Of a stretch of DNA of 64,000 nt, positions 1 to 8,248 are shown piece by piece. Location of the stretch: the NCBI GenBank assembly GCA_040218735.1, contig JAVJQW010000060.1:1-64000 (forward strand). Direction: 5' to 3'. The position numbers and the translations under genes are program-made. Origin of the DNA: Deltaproteobacteria bacterium (GTDB lineage: Bacteria > Myxococcota > Kuafuiibacteriia > Kuafuiibacteriales > Kuafuiibacteriaceae). Below the pieces are notes generated by a model. That model saw only the letters and a program-made list of their open reading frames with translations. It ran no database searches and was not told the DNA's origin. How positions within the stretch are numbered: the first letter of the stretch is position 1; every line of letters starts with the position of its first letter.

Positions 1-5
1 GCCCA

Positions 6-439
6 CTCCGCTCCGACATCGGGCGCGGCGACCTCGGTTCGGCTTGCTTTGCGACCGTCCGGCGCGGGGATCGCGTTGCGACGCTCGGCAGTACCTGGGC
101 GCGTCGGCGGGGCGGTCCGGCTGTCGGAATCGCCGCGCCCGATGTCTGCGCTCCGCTACGCGCGTTGCTGGATGCCAACGCGTGCATTGGCGTCATCTCG
201 TGCTGATGTGAAGTCCACCATGCCTATCCGACTTCACGCCAGCACCAGACCACGGTCGAGCAGGCGCTGAGATCCGGCAACACCCGTAGCGGAGCGCAGG
301 CGGCGGGCGCGGCGATTCCGAAAGCAGAGCCGCTCCGCCGTTTGCAATGCGCCTTGCCGATCGATGGCGATGGGTCTCCGTGTCGAACGGAGGCCCAGCA
401 AGCCGAACCGAGGTCGGCGTGCCCGCCGCCGGAGCGGAG
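6..439. repeat. Long imperfect inverted repeat (REP/REPIN-like hairpin) with nested internal inverted repeats
   Basis: Position i pairs with 445-i: 6-48 with 397-439, 124-215 with 230-321, loop 216-229. Nested pairs GACATCGGGCGCGGCGA (15-31)/(130-146) and about 299-315/414-430. Confidence 0.85.
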
Positions 440-546
440 CGATCACCTGGGCGACGTGTCGAACGACCACGAACGACGGAACGAAGCGCCACGGGTCACC
501 CACCTCATCGGATGGCCAGTCGAAGGCAACTCGACACGCGGAGCGC

Positions 547-675
547 TGGCGGCGGACGGGGACGCTCTGGAGGGAATCAGTTCGGCTCGCCCGCCGCGGC
601 GACCAGCGCAGCCGAGGGGCAACACCAGGCGAGACGAACGGCTTCTGACCGGAGGAGCGTCCCCGGCCGACGCCA
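547..675. repeat. Second intergenic imperfect hairpin
   Basis: TGGCGGCGGACGGGGACGCTC (547-567) is nearly the reverse complement of GAGCGTCCCCGGCCGACGCCA (655-675); inner arms 574-591 and 628-645. Confidence 0.7.
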
Positions 676-772
676 AAAGCGAAGCCGATCCTGGGCACTC
701 CCCCCCGCCATCCGATCCCACGTCCAAGCGCCGAGGTTGACCCGTCGCGGGCTTTGGTGTCGGGTTCGGCTC

Positions 773-1084
773 ATGGCGTCCCGCTGGATTCGCCCGGTCA
801 CCTTTGCGCTCGTGCTCGGCGGGCTCGCCGCGGGGAGCCTCTCCTGCGCAGCGTCGCTCTGCGAGCGGAAGCACAGCTACATGTCCACGCAGTGCTCGGG
901 GGGCGACGTCGCCTACCAGCCCGACGCGATGTGCGAGGCGAAGGTGAAGAACTGCAACGCCGCGCAGATGGCGGCGTTCGAGGGCTACGTGAGCTGCCTC
1001 GAGTCGCAGAACATCTGCAGCCTCGACGCGATCGCCCAGTGCGCGGAGCAGCACCCCGGCGGCGTCAACCTCGCTTGCTCCTAG
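773..1084 (+). CDS. Small Cys-rich lipoprotein
   Basis: ATG 773, hydrophobic signal ending SLSC, multiple Cys, GC3-rich codons. Confidence 0.75.
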   Translation: MASRWIRPVTFALVLGGLAAGSLSCAASLCERKHSYMSTQCSGGDVAYQPDAMCEAKVKNCNAAQMAAFEGYVSCLESQNICSLDAIAQCAEQHPGGVNLACS

Positions 1085-1095
1085 GCGGAGGCCGG

Positions 1096-1839
1096 TTGCG
1101 ACGCAACCGATCCGACGACGGTGCCAAGAGCGACCGCGAAGCGGCCGGTCGTTTTCGCGTAGAGGTACGAAACGCGCTGAAGGCCGCCGCGGAGCCCGAG
1201 CGGGCGCCCGCGATGCAGGCGTACATGAAGAGCGCGATGCGCTTCTACGGAGTCCCCTCGCCCGCGCTGAAGAAAGCGCTGAAGCCGATCTTCGACGCCC
1301 ACCGCGTCGACACCTTCGAAGCCTGGACCACCACCGCGCTCGATCTGTGGCGTAACGCGGAGGCCCGCGAGGAGCGCTACGCCGCGCTGAGGTTCTGCGA
1401 ACACCGCTACTACAAGGCGTTCCACACGTTCGACGCGCTGCCGATGTACGAAGAGATGATCGTGACCGGCGCGTGGTGGGACTACGTCGACTGGATCGCC
1501 GGCGGGCGGCTGGGGCCGATCCTCGACAAGGACCCGGTCCGCATGAAGAAGACGATGCGCGCGTGGGCGAAGGGCGACGCGCTGTGGAAGGCCCGCTCCG
1601 CGATCCTCTGTCAGCTGAAGGCGAAGGACACGATCGACCTGAAGCTGCTCTACGACTGCATCGAGCCGTCGCTGTCCTCCAAGGAGTTCTTCCTCCGAAA
1701 GGCGATCGGCTGGGCCCTGCGCCAGCACGCCAAGACCGACGCCGAGGAGGTCTACCGGTACGTCGTCCGCAAGAAGGACGTCCTCTCCGGCCTCTCCAAG
1801 CGCGAGGCGCTCAAGAACACCGACTACGCGATCCCTTGA
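1096..1839 (+). CDS. DNA alkylation repair protein (AlkD-like DNA glycosylase family)
   Basis: MQAYMK..FYGV, REERY, WWDYVD, EFFLRKAIGWALR, LSKREALK motifs; start uncertain (TTG 1096). Confidence 0.85.
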   Translation: MRRNRSDDGAKSDREAAGRFRVEVRNALKAAAEPERAPAMQAYMKSAMRFYGVPSPALKKALKPIFDAHRVDTFEAWTTTALDLWRNAEAREERYAALRFCEHRYYKAFHTFDALPMYEEMIVTGAWWDYVDWIAGGRLGPILDKDPVRMKKTMRAWAKGDALWKARSAILCQLKAKDTIDLKLLYDCIEPSLSSKEFFLRKAIGWALRQHAKTDAEEVYRYVVRKKDVLSGLSKREALKNTDYAIP

Positions 1840-1874
1840 CGCCGGGCCCCATCGGGACCGAAAAGGCGCCTCGT

Positions 1875-3575
1875 ATGTCGAAATCCGCGCCTATCGCGCT
1901 CGCGTTCGCCGCCACCCTCGGCCTCGTCGCCTGCAAGGAGGCGGCGAAGCCCGCCGCCAAGACGGACACCACGAAGGCCGCCGAAAAACCCGCCGAGGAC
2001 CCGGAGGTGAAGGCGCTCGAGAAGAAGGTCGCGCAGTTCGCCGAGGCGAAGCTGACGGCCGACGTCTCGAAGCTCCCCGACAGCGAGAAGCAGGCGCTCG
2101 ACCTGATCATCGAGGCGTCGAAGCTCCTCGATCCGATCTTCGACCGGCAGGCCTACGGCGACAACCCGACCCTGCGCGAGAAGCTCGCCGCGGACAGCAG
2201 CCCGAAGGGGAAGCTGAAGCTGCGCTACTTCGACATCATGCGCGGCCCCTGGGACCGCCAGGATCACCACGCGGCGTTTGCGATCGACCGCGAGCACGTC
2301 AAGGGCGCCGGCTTCTACCCGGACGACATGACCGCGGAGAAGTTCAAGGCCTACGTGAAGGCGCACCCCGACCAAAAGGAGGCGCTCGAGTCGCTGTTCA
2401 CGGTCGTGGTGAAGGACGGCGACAACCTGAAGGCCGTCCCCTACCGTGAGCACTACGCGAAGTGGCTGAAGCCCGCCGCGGCCAAGCTCCGCGCCGCCGC
2501 CGACGCGACGAAGAACGAGTCGCTCGCCAAGTTCCTCCGCTCGCGCGCCGACGCCTTCGAGTCGGACGACTACTACCAAAGCGACAAGGACTGGATGGAT
2601 CTCGAGAGCCTCGTCGAGGTCACCATCGGTCCGTACGAGACCTACGAGGACAAGATGCTCGGCCTCAAGGCGGCGTTCGAGTCGTTCGTGACGGTGAACG
2701 ATCCGGAGGCGTCGAAGAAACTCGCCAAGTACAAGGCGCTCCTCCCGAAGATGGAGTCGCACCTCCCCGTGCCGGACGCCGTGAAGACGAAGCGCGGCGC
2801 CGAGAGCCCCATCCGCGTCGTGGACCTCGTCTACTCCAGCGGTGACGCGCGCAAGTCGGTCCAGACGATCGCGTTCAACCTCCCGAACGACGAGCGCGTC
2901 CGCAAGGAGAAGGGCGCGAAGAAGGTGCTGCTGAGGAACAGCATCGAGAAGAAGTTCGACCTCATCCTCCGCCCGATCGCGAACGAGATCCTCGACCCCG
3001 CGCAGCTCACGCACCTGTCGGCGTCGGCGTTCTTCAACCAGGTGCTCTTCCACGAGCTGTCGCACAGCCTCGGGCCGGCGTTCACGAAGGTGGACGGCAA
3101 GAAGGTCGAGGTCCGGATGGCGCTCGAGTCGAGCTACTCGCCGATCGAGGAGTGCAAGGCCGACGTCATGGGCGCCTACAACATCCTGTACATGATCGAG
3201 CTCGGCGAGTTCGAGAAGGACTTCCGCATGAAGCTCCTCCACTCGTACTTCGCGGGGCTGTTCCGGAGCGTCCGCTTCGGCGTCGCGGAAGCGCACGGGC
3301 GCGGCGCGGCGGTGCAGATCAACCGCTTCCTCGAGGCGGGCGGTGCGACGTTCGACGAGGCGAGCGGCAAGTTCACCGTCCACCCGGACAAACTCGAAAA
3401 GGCGATCGAAGCGCTCGTGCACGACCTCGTCATGCTCCAGCACAACGGCGACAAAGCCGCCGCGGACGCGCTCCTCGGCAAGTACGGCGTGATGTCGCCA
3501 GCCATGAAGCAGGCGCTCGACAAGCTCGGCGACATCCCGGTCGACCTCCGCCCCGTCTACCCGCTCGCGAAGTAG
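1875..3575 (+). CDS. Peptidase M49 / dipeptidyl-peptidase III-like lipoprotein (HEXXH variant)
   Basis: Lipobox LVAC; IGPYETYED, TIAFNLPNDE, FHELSH, EECKAD, GVAEAHG motifs. Confidence 0.9.
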   Translation: MSKSAPIALAFAATLGLVACKEAAKPAAKTDTTKAAEKPAEDPEVKALEKKVAQFAEAKLTADVSKLPDSEKQALDLIIEASKLLDPIFDRQAYGDNPTLREKLAADSSPKGKLKLRYFDIMRGPWDRQDHHAAFAIDREHVKGAGFYPDDMTAEKFKAYVKAHPDQKEALESLFTVVVKDGDNLKAVPYREHYAKWLKPAAAKLRAAADATKNESLAKFLRSRADAFESDDYYQSDKDWMDLESLVEVTIGPYETYEDKMLGLKAAFESFVTVNDPEASKKLAKYKALLPKMESHLPVPDAVKTKRGAESPIRVVDLVYSSGDARKSVQTIAFNLPNDERVRKEKGAKKVLLRNSIEKKFDLILRPIANEILDPAQLTHLSASAFFNQVLFHELSHSLGPAFTKVDGKKVEVRMALESSYSPIEECKADVMGAYNILYMIELGEFEKDFRMKLLHSYFAGLFRSVRFGVAEAHGRGAAVQINRFLEAGGATFDEASGKFTVHPDKLEKAIEALVHDLVMLQHNGDKAAADALLGKYGVMSPAMKQALDKLGDIPVDLRPVYPLAK

Positions 3576-3593
3576 CGCGTTAACCTGGAGGAC

Positions 3594-5009
3594 GTGCGGC
3601 GCGCCCTCCTCCTCCTAGCGTCCGGCCTGGTCGCGTGCAGCGGCGGCACCGTGGTGCGCGGCGCGCGCGACGGCGGCTTTCGCGACGCGAGCCCGCGCGA
3701 CGGCGGCGGCGCCTCACGCGACGGGGGCTTCGTCGACGCCGGGACCCCGGACAGCGGCGCACGCGACGCAGGCGCCCGCGACGGCGGACCGCCCCGCGAC
3801 GCCGGCCCTCCCCGTGACGCAGGACCCCCTCGCGACGCCGGACCACCGCGCGACGGTGGACCGCGCGACGGCGGACCGCCCCCGCGCTGCCCCGACGGCA
3901 CCGAGGGCTGCGCGTGTACGTTCAGCCTCCAGTGCGTCGACCCCGGGCTCACGTGTTTCGGCGCGAGCCCGATGGGCACCGCGCCGGCGGATCAGATCAA
4001 CGTGTGCCTGAGGCTCTGCGCCGCGGACGCCGAGTGCGGCGCGTCCACGATCGGCAACGCTCTTTGTCGCCCGGTGCGCACCGACATGCGCGCGTGTGTC
4101 GCCGCCGAGGTCACCGAGGGTCTCACGATCGACTTCTCCCGCCGCGTCGTGAACACGATGACCGGCTGCGCCGACGACCTCTTCGCGATGCCGGCGATCG
4201 GCGGCTCGGGGCTCGGCGCGCTCGAGGACGACCAGGCCTCGTGCGGTCGCCCCTGCGATCCGAACGCCGTCGCGCCCGCGCCGAACAGCTGCACGGCGAC
4301 CTACCCGTACTGCAACCCGGACGTGCTCGCGTCCGTCACCACGCCGGGGATCTGCACGTTGCGCCCGGCGCAGAGCGGCGACGTGTGCAGCCGGTCCAGC
4401 GTCGTCGGCCTCTGCGACACCGCGTCGGTGAACGGCGTGGCGCCCTCCCCGGTCTGCCTCGGCGTGCCGTTCGATCTCGTCGACCCCGACGACCCCAGCC
4501 CGATGCCGGCGCCGGGCATGTGCGTCGTGCAGTGCAACCTCGCGAACCCGAACTGCGGCTTCGCGGACGACCCGATGGCCGGCCCCGCAGTGTGCCGCCA
4601 GGTCCGCGCCTCGAACACGACCACCGGTATCTGCAGCAACGACTGCGGCCTCTATCCGAGCCCGTGCGGCCGCGCCGCGGCGTTCGGGCTCGGCTCGACC
4701 TGCACCGGCGACCTCAACTTCGAGCCCGCCTTCCCGTTTGCCTTCTGCCGCAACGTGATGCCCCCGACGATCCCGGAGTACAACTTCGCGGGCGCGCCCC
4801 CCGCGTCCCAGCGCTGCCTGATGGTCCCCGGCGGCGAGACGCGCTGCGAAGCGAACACCCGCTGCCTCGACGACGGCATGGGCGGCCTCTGCATCCGCAC
4901 CTGCTCGTCCACGGCGGCCGTATCCGGGTGCCTCGCGACCGGCAACACCGTCTGCGACGACAGCCTCATCGGTACGCCGACCGACGGCCGCGGCGCATGC
5001 CGTCCGTAG
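3594..5009 (+). CDS. Cys-rich surface lipoprotein with RDAG/RDGG repeat linker
   Basis: Lipobox LVAC, about 12 (R)DAG/DGG repeats, Cys-rich body. Confidence 0.8.
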   Translation: MRRALLLLASGLVACSGGTVVRGARDGGFRDASPRDGGGASRDGGFVDAGTPDSGARDAGARDGGPPRDAGPPRDAGPPRDAGPPRDGGPRDGGPPPRCPDGTEGCACTFSLQCVDPGLTCFGASPMGTAPADQINVCLRLCAADAECGASTIGNALCRPVRTDMRACVAAEVTEGLTIDFSRRVVNTMTGCADDLFAMPAIGGSGLGALEDDQASCGRPCDPNAVAPAPNSCTATYPYCNPDVLASVTTPGICTLRPAQSGDVCSRSSVVGLCDTASVNGVAPSPVCLGVPFDLVDPDDPSPMPAPGMCVVQCNLANPNCGFADDPMAGPAVCRQVRASNTTTGICSNDCGLYPSPCGRAAAFGLGSTCTGDLNFEPAFPFAFCRNVMPPTIPEYNFAGAPPASQRCLMVPGGETRCEANTRCLDDGMGGLCIRTCSSTAAVSGCLATGNTVCDDSLIGTPTDGRGACRP

Positions 5010-5141
5010 ATCGTCCGAGATCCGGCCCGTTCGACGCAACGTACCGACCGTCCTCGCCGACAACGTCACCATCGCGGCCCTCGGATCGGACGGACGTCTG
5101 TCACCGTCTTGTCGCTAGGCAGCGCGAGGGACCGCGAGTAG

Positions 5142-5234
5142 ATGGAGTCCACCGTGTACGCAACCAAGGACATCGTCCGGGACGTGATGATCGCCGTCGC
5201 GCTGATCGCCGCGTTTGTCCTCGCCGGCGCCTGA
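5142..5234 (+). CDS. 30-aa small hydrophobic protein (not in ORF track)
   Basis: MESTVYATKDIVRDVMIAVALIAAFVLAGA*; GAGGGG upstream; stop 3 nt before the GNAT start. Confidence 0.45.
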   Translation: MESTVYATKDIVRDVMIAVALIAAFVLAGA

Positions 5235-5237
5235 CCG

Positions 5238-5708
5238 GTGGCCTTCTCCGTACGCCCGGCCCGCGCGAGCGACAGCTACGCGTTGCGTGCCCTCCTCCCC
5301 CGCCTCGCCGACTTCGACATCCCGCCGTCGCGGTTCTCCGAGGACCTGTGGCGTGGCGACGAGAAGCTGTTGATGGCCTACCTCGCCGGCGCCGCGCCGG
5401 ACAGCTTCTGCATCCTCGCTGAGAACGACGACCTCGACACCCTCGGCGTCGCGCTCGTCTCGATGGGTCCGGAGCTCCTCAGCGGCGCCCCCTCCGCGCA
5501 CCTCGATGCCATCGCGGTCAGCGAGGAGGCGGAGGGCCAAGGCGTCGGCGCCGCGCTGCTGCGCGCGTGTGAAGACGAGGCCGCGATCCGCGGCGCGGAG
5601 TCCATGACGCTGCACGTGTTCACGCGCAACGAACGCGCGCGCGCGTTCTACGAGAAGTTCGGCTACGACGAAGAGCTCATCCGCGCGACGAAGCCGCTCC
5701 GCCGCTGA
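5238..5708 (+). CDS. GNAT family N-acetyltransferase
   Basis: IAVSEEAEGQGVGAALL (motif A), LHVFTRNERARAFYEKFGY (motif B). Confidence 0.9.
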   Translation: MAFSVRPARASDSYALRALLPRLADFDIPPSRFSEDLWRGDEKLLMAYLAGAAPDSFCILAENDDLDTLGVALVSMGPELLSGAPSAHLDAIAVSEEAEGQGVGAALLRACEDEAAIRGAESMTLHVFTRNERARAFYEKFGYDEELIRATKPLRR

Positions 5709-5710
5709 TC

Positions 5711-6832
5711 TCAGTCCGCCGAGCCGCGGACCTCCGGGTGCGCTCGGAGATACTCCGAAACCTGTCTTGCGGCGACCTGCGCCGCGACCGGCGTCCAGTG
5801 CGTGTCATCGCGCCACCACAGATACGGCAGCGACGCGTCCGAAAACGCAGGGCCGAGGTCGAGGACCGCCGTACCCTCTTGCCGCATTCGCTCGAGGACG
5901 AGCTCACGCATCGACGGCTCGACGAACGCGCCCTCACGGAGCTCGGGCGGGAATGCGTCGAGGTAGACCTCGGCCTGCCCGGGGATCGGCACGAACAAGA
6001 ACCCGATGTTCCGTTGCGCCAGCGCGTCCCGAAGGTCGACGAACGTCGCGACGACGTCATCGATGCGTCGGTCCTCGGGGCTCTTCATGAGCAGCTGCGC
6101 CTTGGGCGTCATCGCGAGGGCCGAAGCCCCGTCGACCTCGATGAGCCCCGGATGTCCGAAAGCCGCGCGTCGGAGGCGCTGAAAGTGCTCGGCGAACAGC
6201 ATTCGAAGCCCGTTGTCGCGGTTCGCCGACGCGCGCGCACGGACGAGCGGCGCCCCCACGCTCTGCCACTTCGCGTACGCGACGGAGAGCCCGGACGGCT
6301 CGGTGCCCGGGCGCGGCGACGAGGGCGTCGCGGTCGGGAGCTCGGGGATGGGTTTGAGCCGCATCTGCGAGGGCATCCAAAGGACCAGCTGGGGCGGATA
6401 CTCGACGAAACGTGGATCCCGTAGAAAGTACGGCGCACCCCAGCTCTTCTGCGCGCCGTAGTTGTAGACCGGTTCGCCGAGCTCCTGGCCGAGGAAGTAC
6501 GGAAACGTCTCGTCGTCCGACGCACCGGCGCCGAGGACGAACGAGTCGCCAATGACCACGACCCGGGCGCGTCCCATCGGCAGGTTGCGGAAGCCCCACC
6601 GATCCGTGGTGAAGCGCGTGGACCGTGTCACCCGAAGCTCGGGCGTGTGCTGGTTGAAGCTGAGCACGCCGTACTCGTCCATCTCCACCGCCATCGACGG
6701 GAGGAAACGGATCCCGCGCGGATCGACGACGACCTCGTACGGCCGAAAATACGGTGACTCGAACGCGGTGGCCTGCGCGAGCAAGAGCACCCAGATCGCA
6801 ACGAAAGCGAGGACGAAGGATCTCGAAGACAC
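5711..6832 (-). CDS. AlgX/AlgJ-like SGNH O-acetyltransferase
   Basis: IGDSF (SGNH block I), DDTHW (DxxH); N-terminal signal/TM; GTG 2 nt after the MBOAT stop. Confidence 0.8.
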   Translation of the reverse strand: MSSRSFVLAFVAIWVLLLAQATAFESPYFRPYEVVVDPRGIRFLPSMAVEMDEYGVLSFNQHTPELRVTRSTRFTTDRWGFRNLPMGRARVVVIGDSFVLGAGASDDETFPYFLGQELGEPVYNYGAQKSWGAPYFLRDPRFVEYPPQLVLWMPSQMRLKPIPELPTATPSSPRPGTEPSGLSVAYAKWQSVGAPLVRARASANRDNGLRMLFAEHFQRLRRAAFGHPGLIEVDGASALAMTPKAQLLMKSPEDRRIDDVVATFVDLRDALAQRNIGFLFVPIPGQAEVYLDAFPPELREGAFVEPSMRELVLERMRQEGTAVLDLGPAFSDASLPYLWWRDDTHWTPVAAQVAARQVSEYLRAHPEVRGSAD

Positions 6833-6834
6833 GG

Positions 6835-8196
6835 TCAGAACCTGAAGTAGAGGAACGGCGAAGTCCCCCGGCCGTAGCCCACGACGAGGCTGACGACGAA
6901 GAGCAGCATCACCTCCGCGAGGCGGCGTGGCGTCGTCTCGAGCGTGCGCTGGTGGGTGTTGGGGGGGATCCAGATCAGGCATGCGAAGCCGGCGATCGCG
7001 AGCAGCGTCGCCGCCGCGGGCCATGCACCGATTCCGTCGACGAAGGCCATGGCGGACAGCCACTGCGTCGCGTCCTCGAGGGTCTCGATCCGGAAGAAGA
7101 CCCACGCGACGAGCACGACGAGGAAGACTGCGGCCCGTCGGATCACGATCGGCGGACTCCAGGTCGTGCGCGAACGCAGGGCGCGCTCGAGCGCCAAGAC
7201 CCCGCCGTGGATCGCGCCCCAGATGATGAAGTTCCAGCTCGCTCCGTGCCAAAGACCACCGAGGAGCATCGTGAGCATCAGGTTGACGTACGTGCGCGCC
7301 GTGCCTCGCCGATTCCCGCCGAGGGGGATGTAGAGGTTGTCGCGCAGCCACGTGGACAGGGTGATGTGCCAGCGGCGCCAGAAGTCGGACAGGCTGACGG
7401 CCTTGTACGGCGATGCGAAGTTCTGCGGGAGCTCGAACCCCAGCATCTTGCCCAGCCCGACCGCCATGTCCGAGTACCCGGAGAAGTCGAAGTAGATCTG
7501 CACCGCGTACAAGAAGACCGCGGACCACGCCTCGGCCGAGCCCGTCGCACCCGCGCGAAAGATCGGATCACACAGCGAGGCGGCGGTGTCGGCGACGAGG
7601 AGCTTCTTGGCGAGGCCCCACACGAAGAATTGGATCCCCTGGGCAAAGCGTTCGAACGAGTGCGTGCGCTCCTCGAGTTGCTCTTCGAGCTCTCGAAAAC
7701 GGACGATCGGTCCGGCGACGAGCTGCGGGAACATCGACACAAACGCGCCGAAGGAAGCGAAGGACCGCGCCGGTCGAACGACCCCACGATAGAGGTCGAT
7801 CGAGTAGCTCATGCTCTGAAACGTATAGAACGAGATCCCCACCGGGAGCGCGGCCTCGAGCAGGGGGACACTCGTCAGCCCGGCGGCGCGCAGGTTACTC
7901 GTCAAGAAGCCGGCGTACTTGAAGTAGGCGAGGAGCCCGAGGTTCGTCGCGAGGGAGCAGCCCAGCCAGACGCGCCGGGCCCTCGCCGACTCCGAGCGAT
8001 CGATGCGCTGGCCCACGACGTAGTCGACGACGATCGAGAACATCAGAATCGGCAGGAACGCCCAACTCGAGAACGCATAGAACACGCCGCTCGCGACGAA
8101 GAGCCAAGCGTTTCGAATCCGGGACGGGAGCGCGTAGTAGATGACGAGCGTTACGGGCAGGAACCCGAACAGAAAGGTCACCTCGAAGAAGGGCAT
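6835..8196 (-). CDS. MBOAT family O-acyltransferase (AlgI/PatA-like)
   Basis: LPVGISFYTFQ, FPQLVAGPIVR, YFDFSGYSD, FWRRWHITLS, GLWHG, C-terminal PFLYFRF. Confidence 0.95.
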   Translation of the reverse strand: MPFFEVTFLFGFLPVTLVIYYALPSRIRNAWLFVASGVFYAFSSWAFLPILMFSIVVDYVVGQRIDRSESARARRVWLGCSLATNLGLLAYFKYAGFLTSNLRAAGLTSVPLLEAALPVGISFYTFQSMSYSIDLYRGVVRPARSFASFGAFVSMFPQLVAGPIVRFRELEEQLEERTHSFERFAQGIQFFVWGLAKKLLVADTAASLCDPIFRAGATGSAEAWSAVFLYAVQIYFDFSGYSDMAVGLGKMLGFELPQNFASPYKAVSLSDFWRRWHITLSTWLRDNLYIPLGGNRRGTARTYVNLMLTMLLGGLWHGASWNFIIWGAIHGGVLALERALRSRTTWSPPIVIRRAAVFLVVLVAWVFFRIETLEDATQWLSAMAFVDGIGAWPAAATLLAIAGFACLIWIPPNTHQRTLETTPRRLAEVMLLFVVSLVVGYGRGTSPFLYFRF

Positions 8197-8248
8197 CCTC
8201 GCCCGGAATGTAGTCGTATCGTGTCTGGTAGTCGAACGCGCCGCGCGG

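Noticed and set aside
49-740. Several short ORFs at the window start
   Set aside because: Products of the palindromic repeats; Arg/Pro-rich with no coding signal.
3660-3885. 18-bp periodic repeats
   Set aside because: Coding RDAGPP linker typical of myxobacterial lipoproteins.
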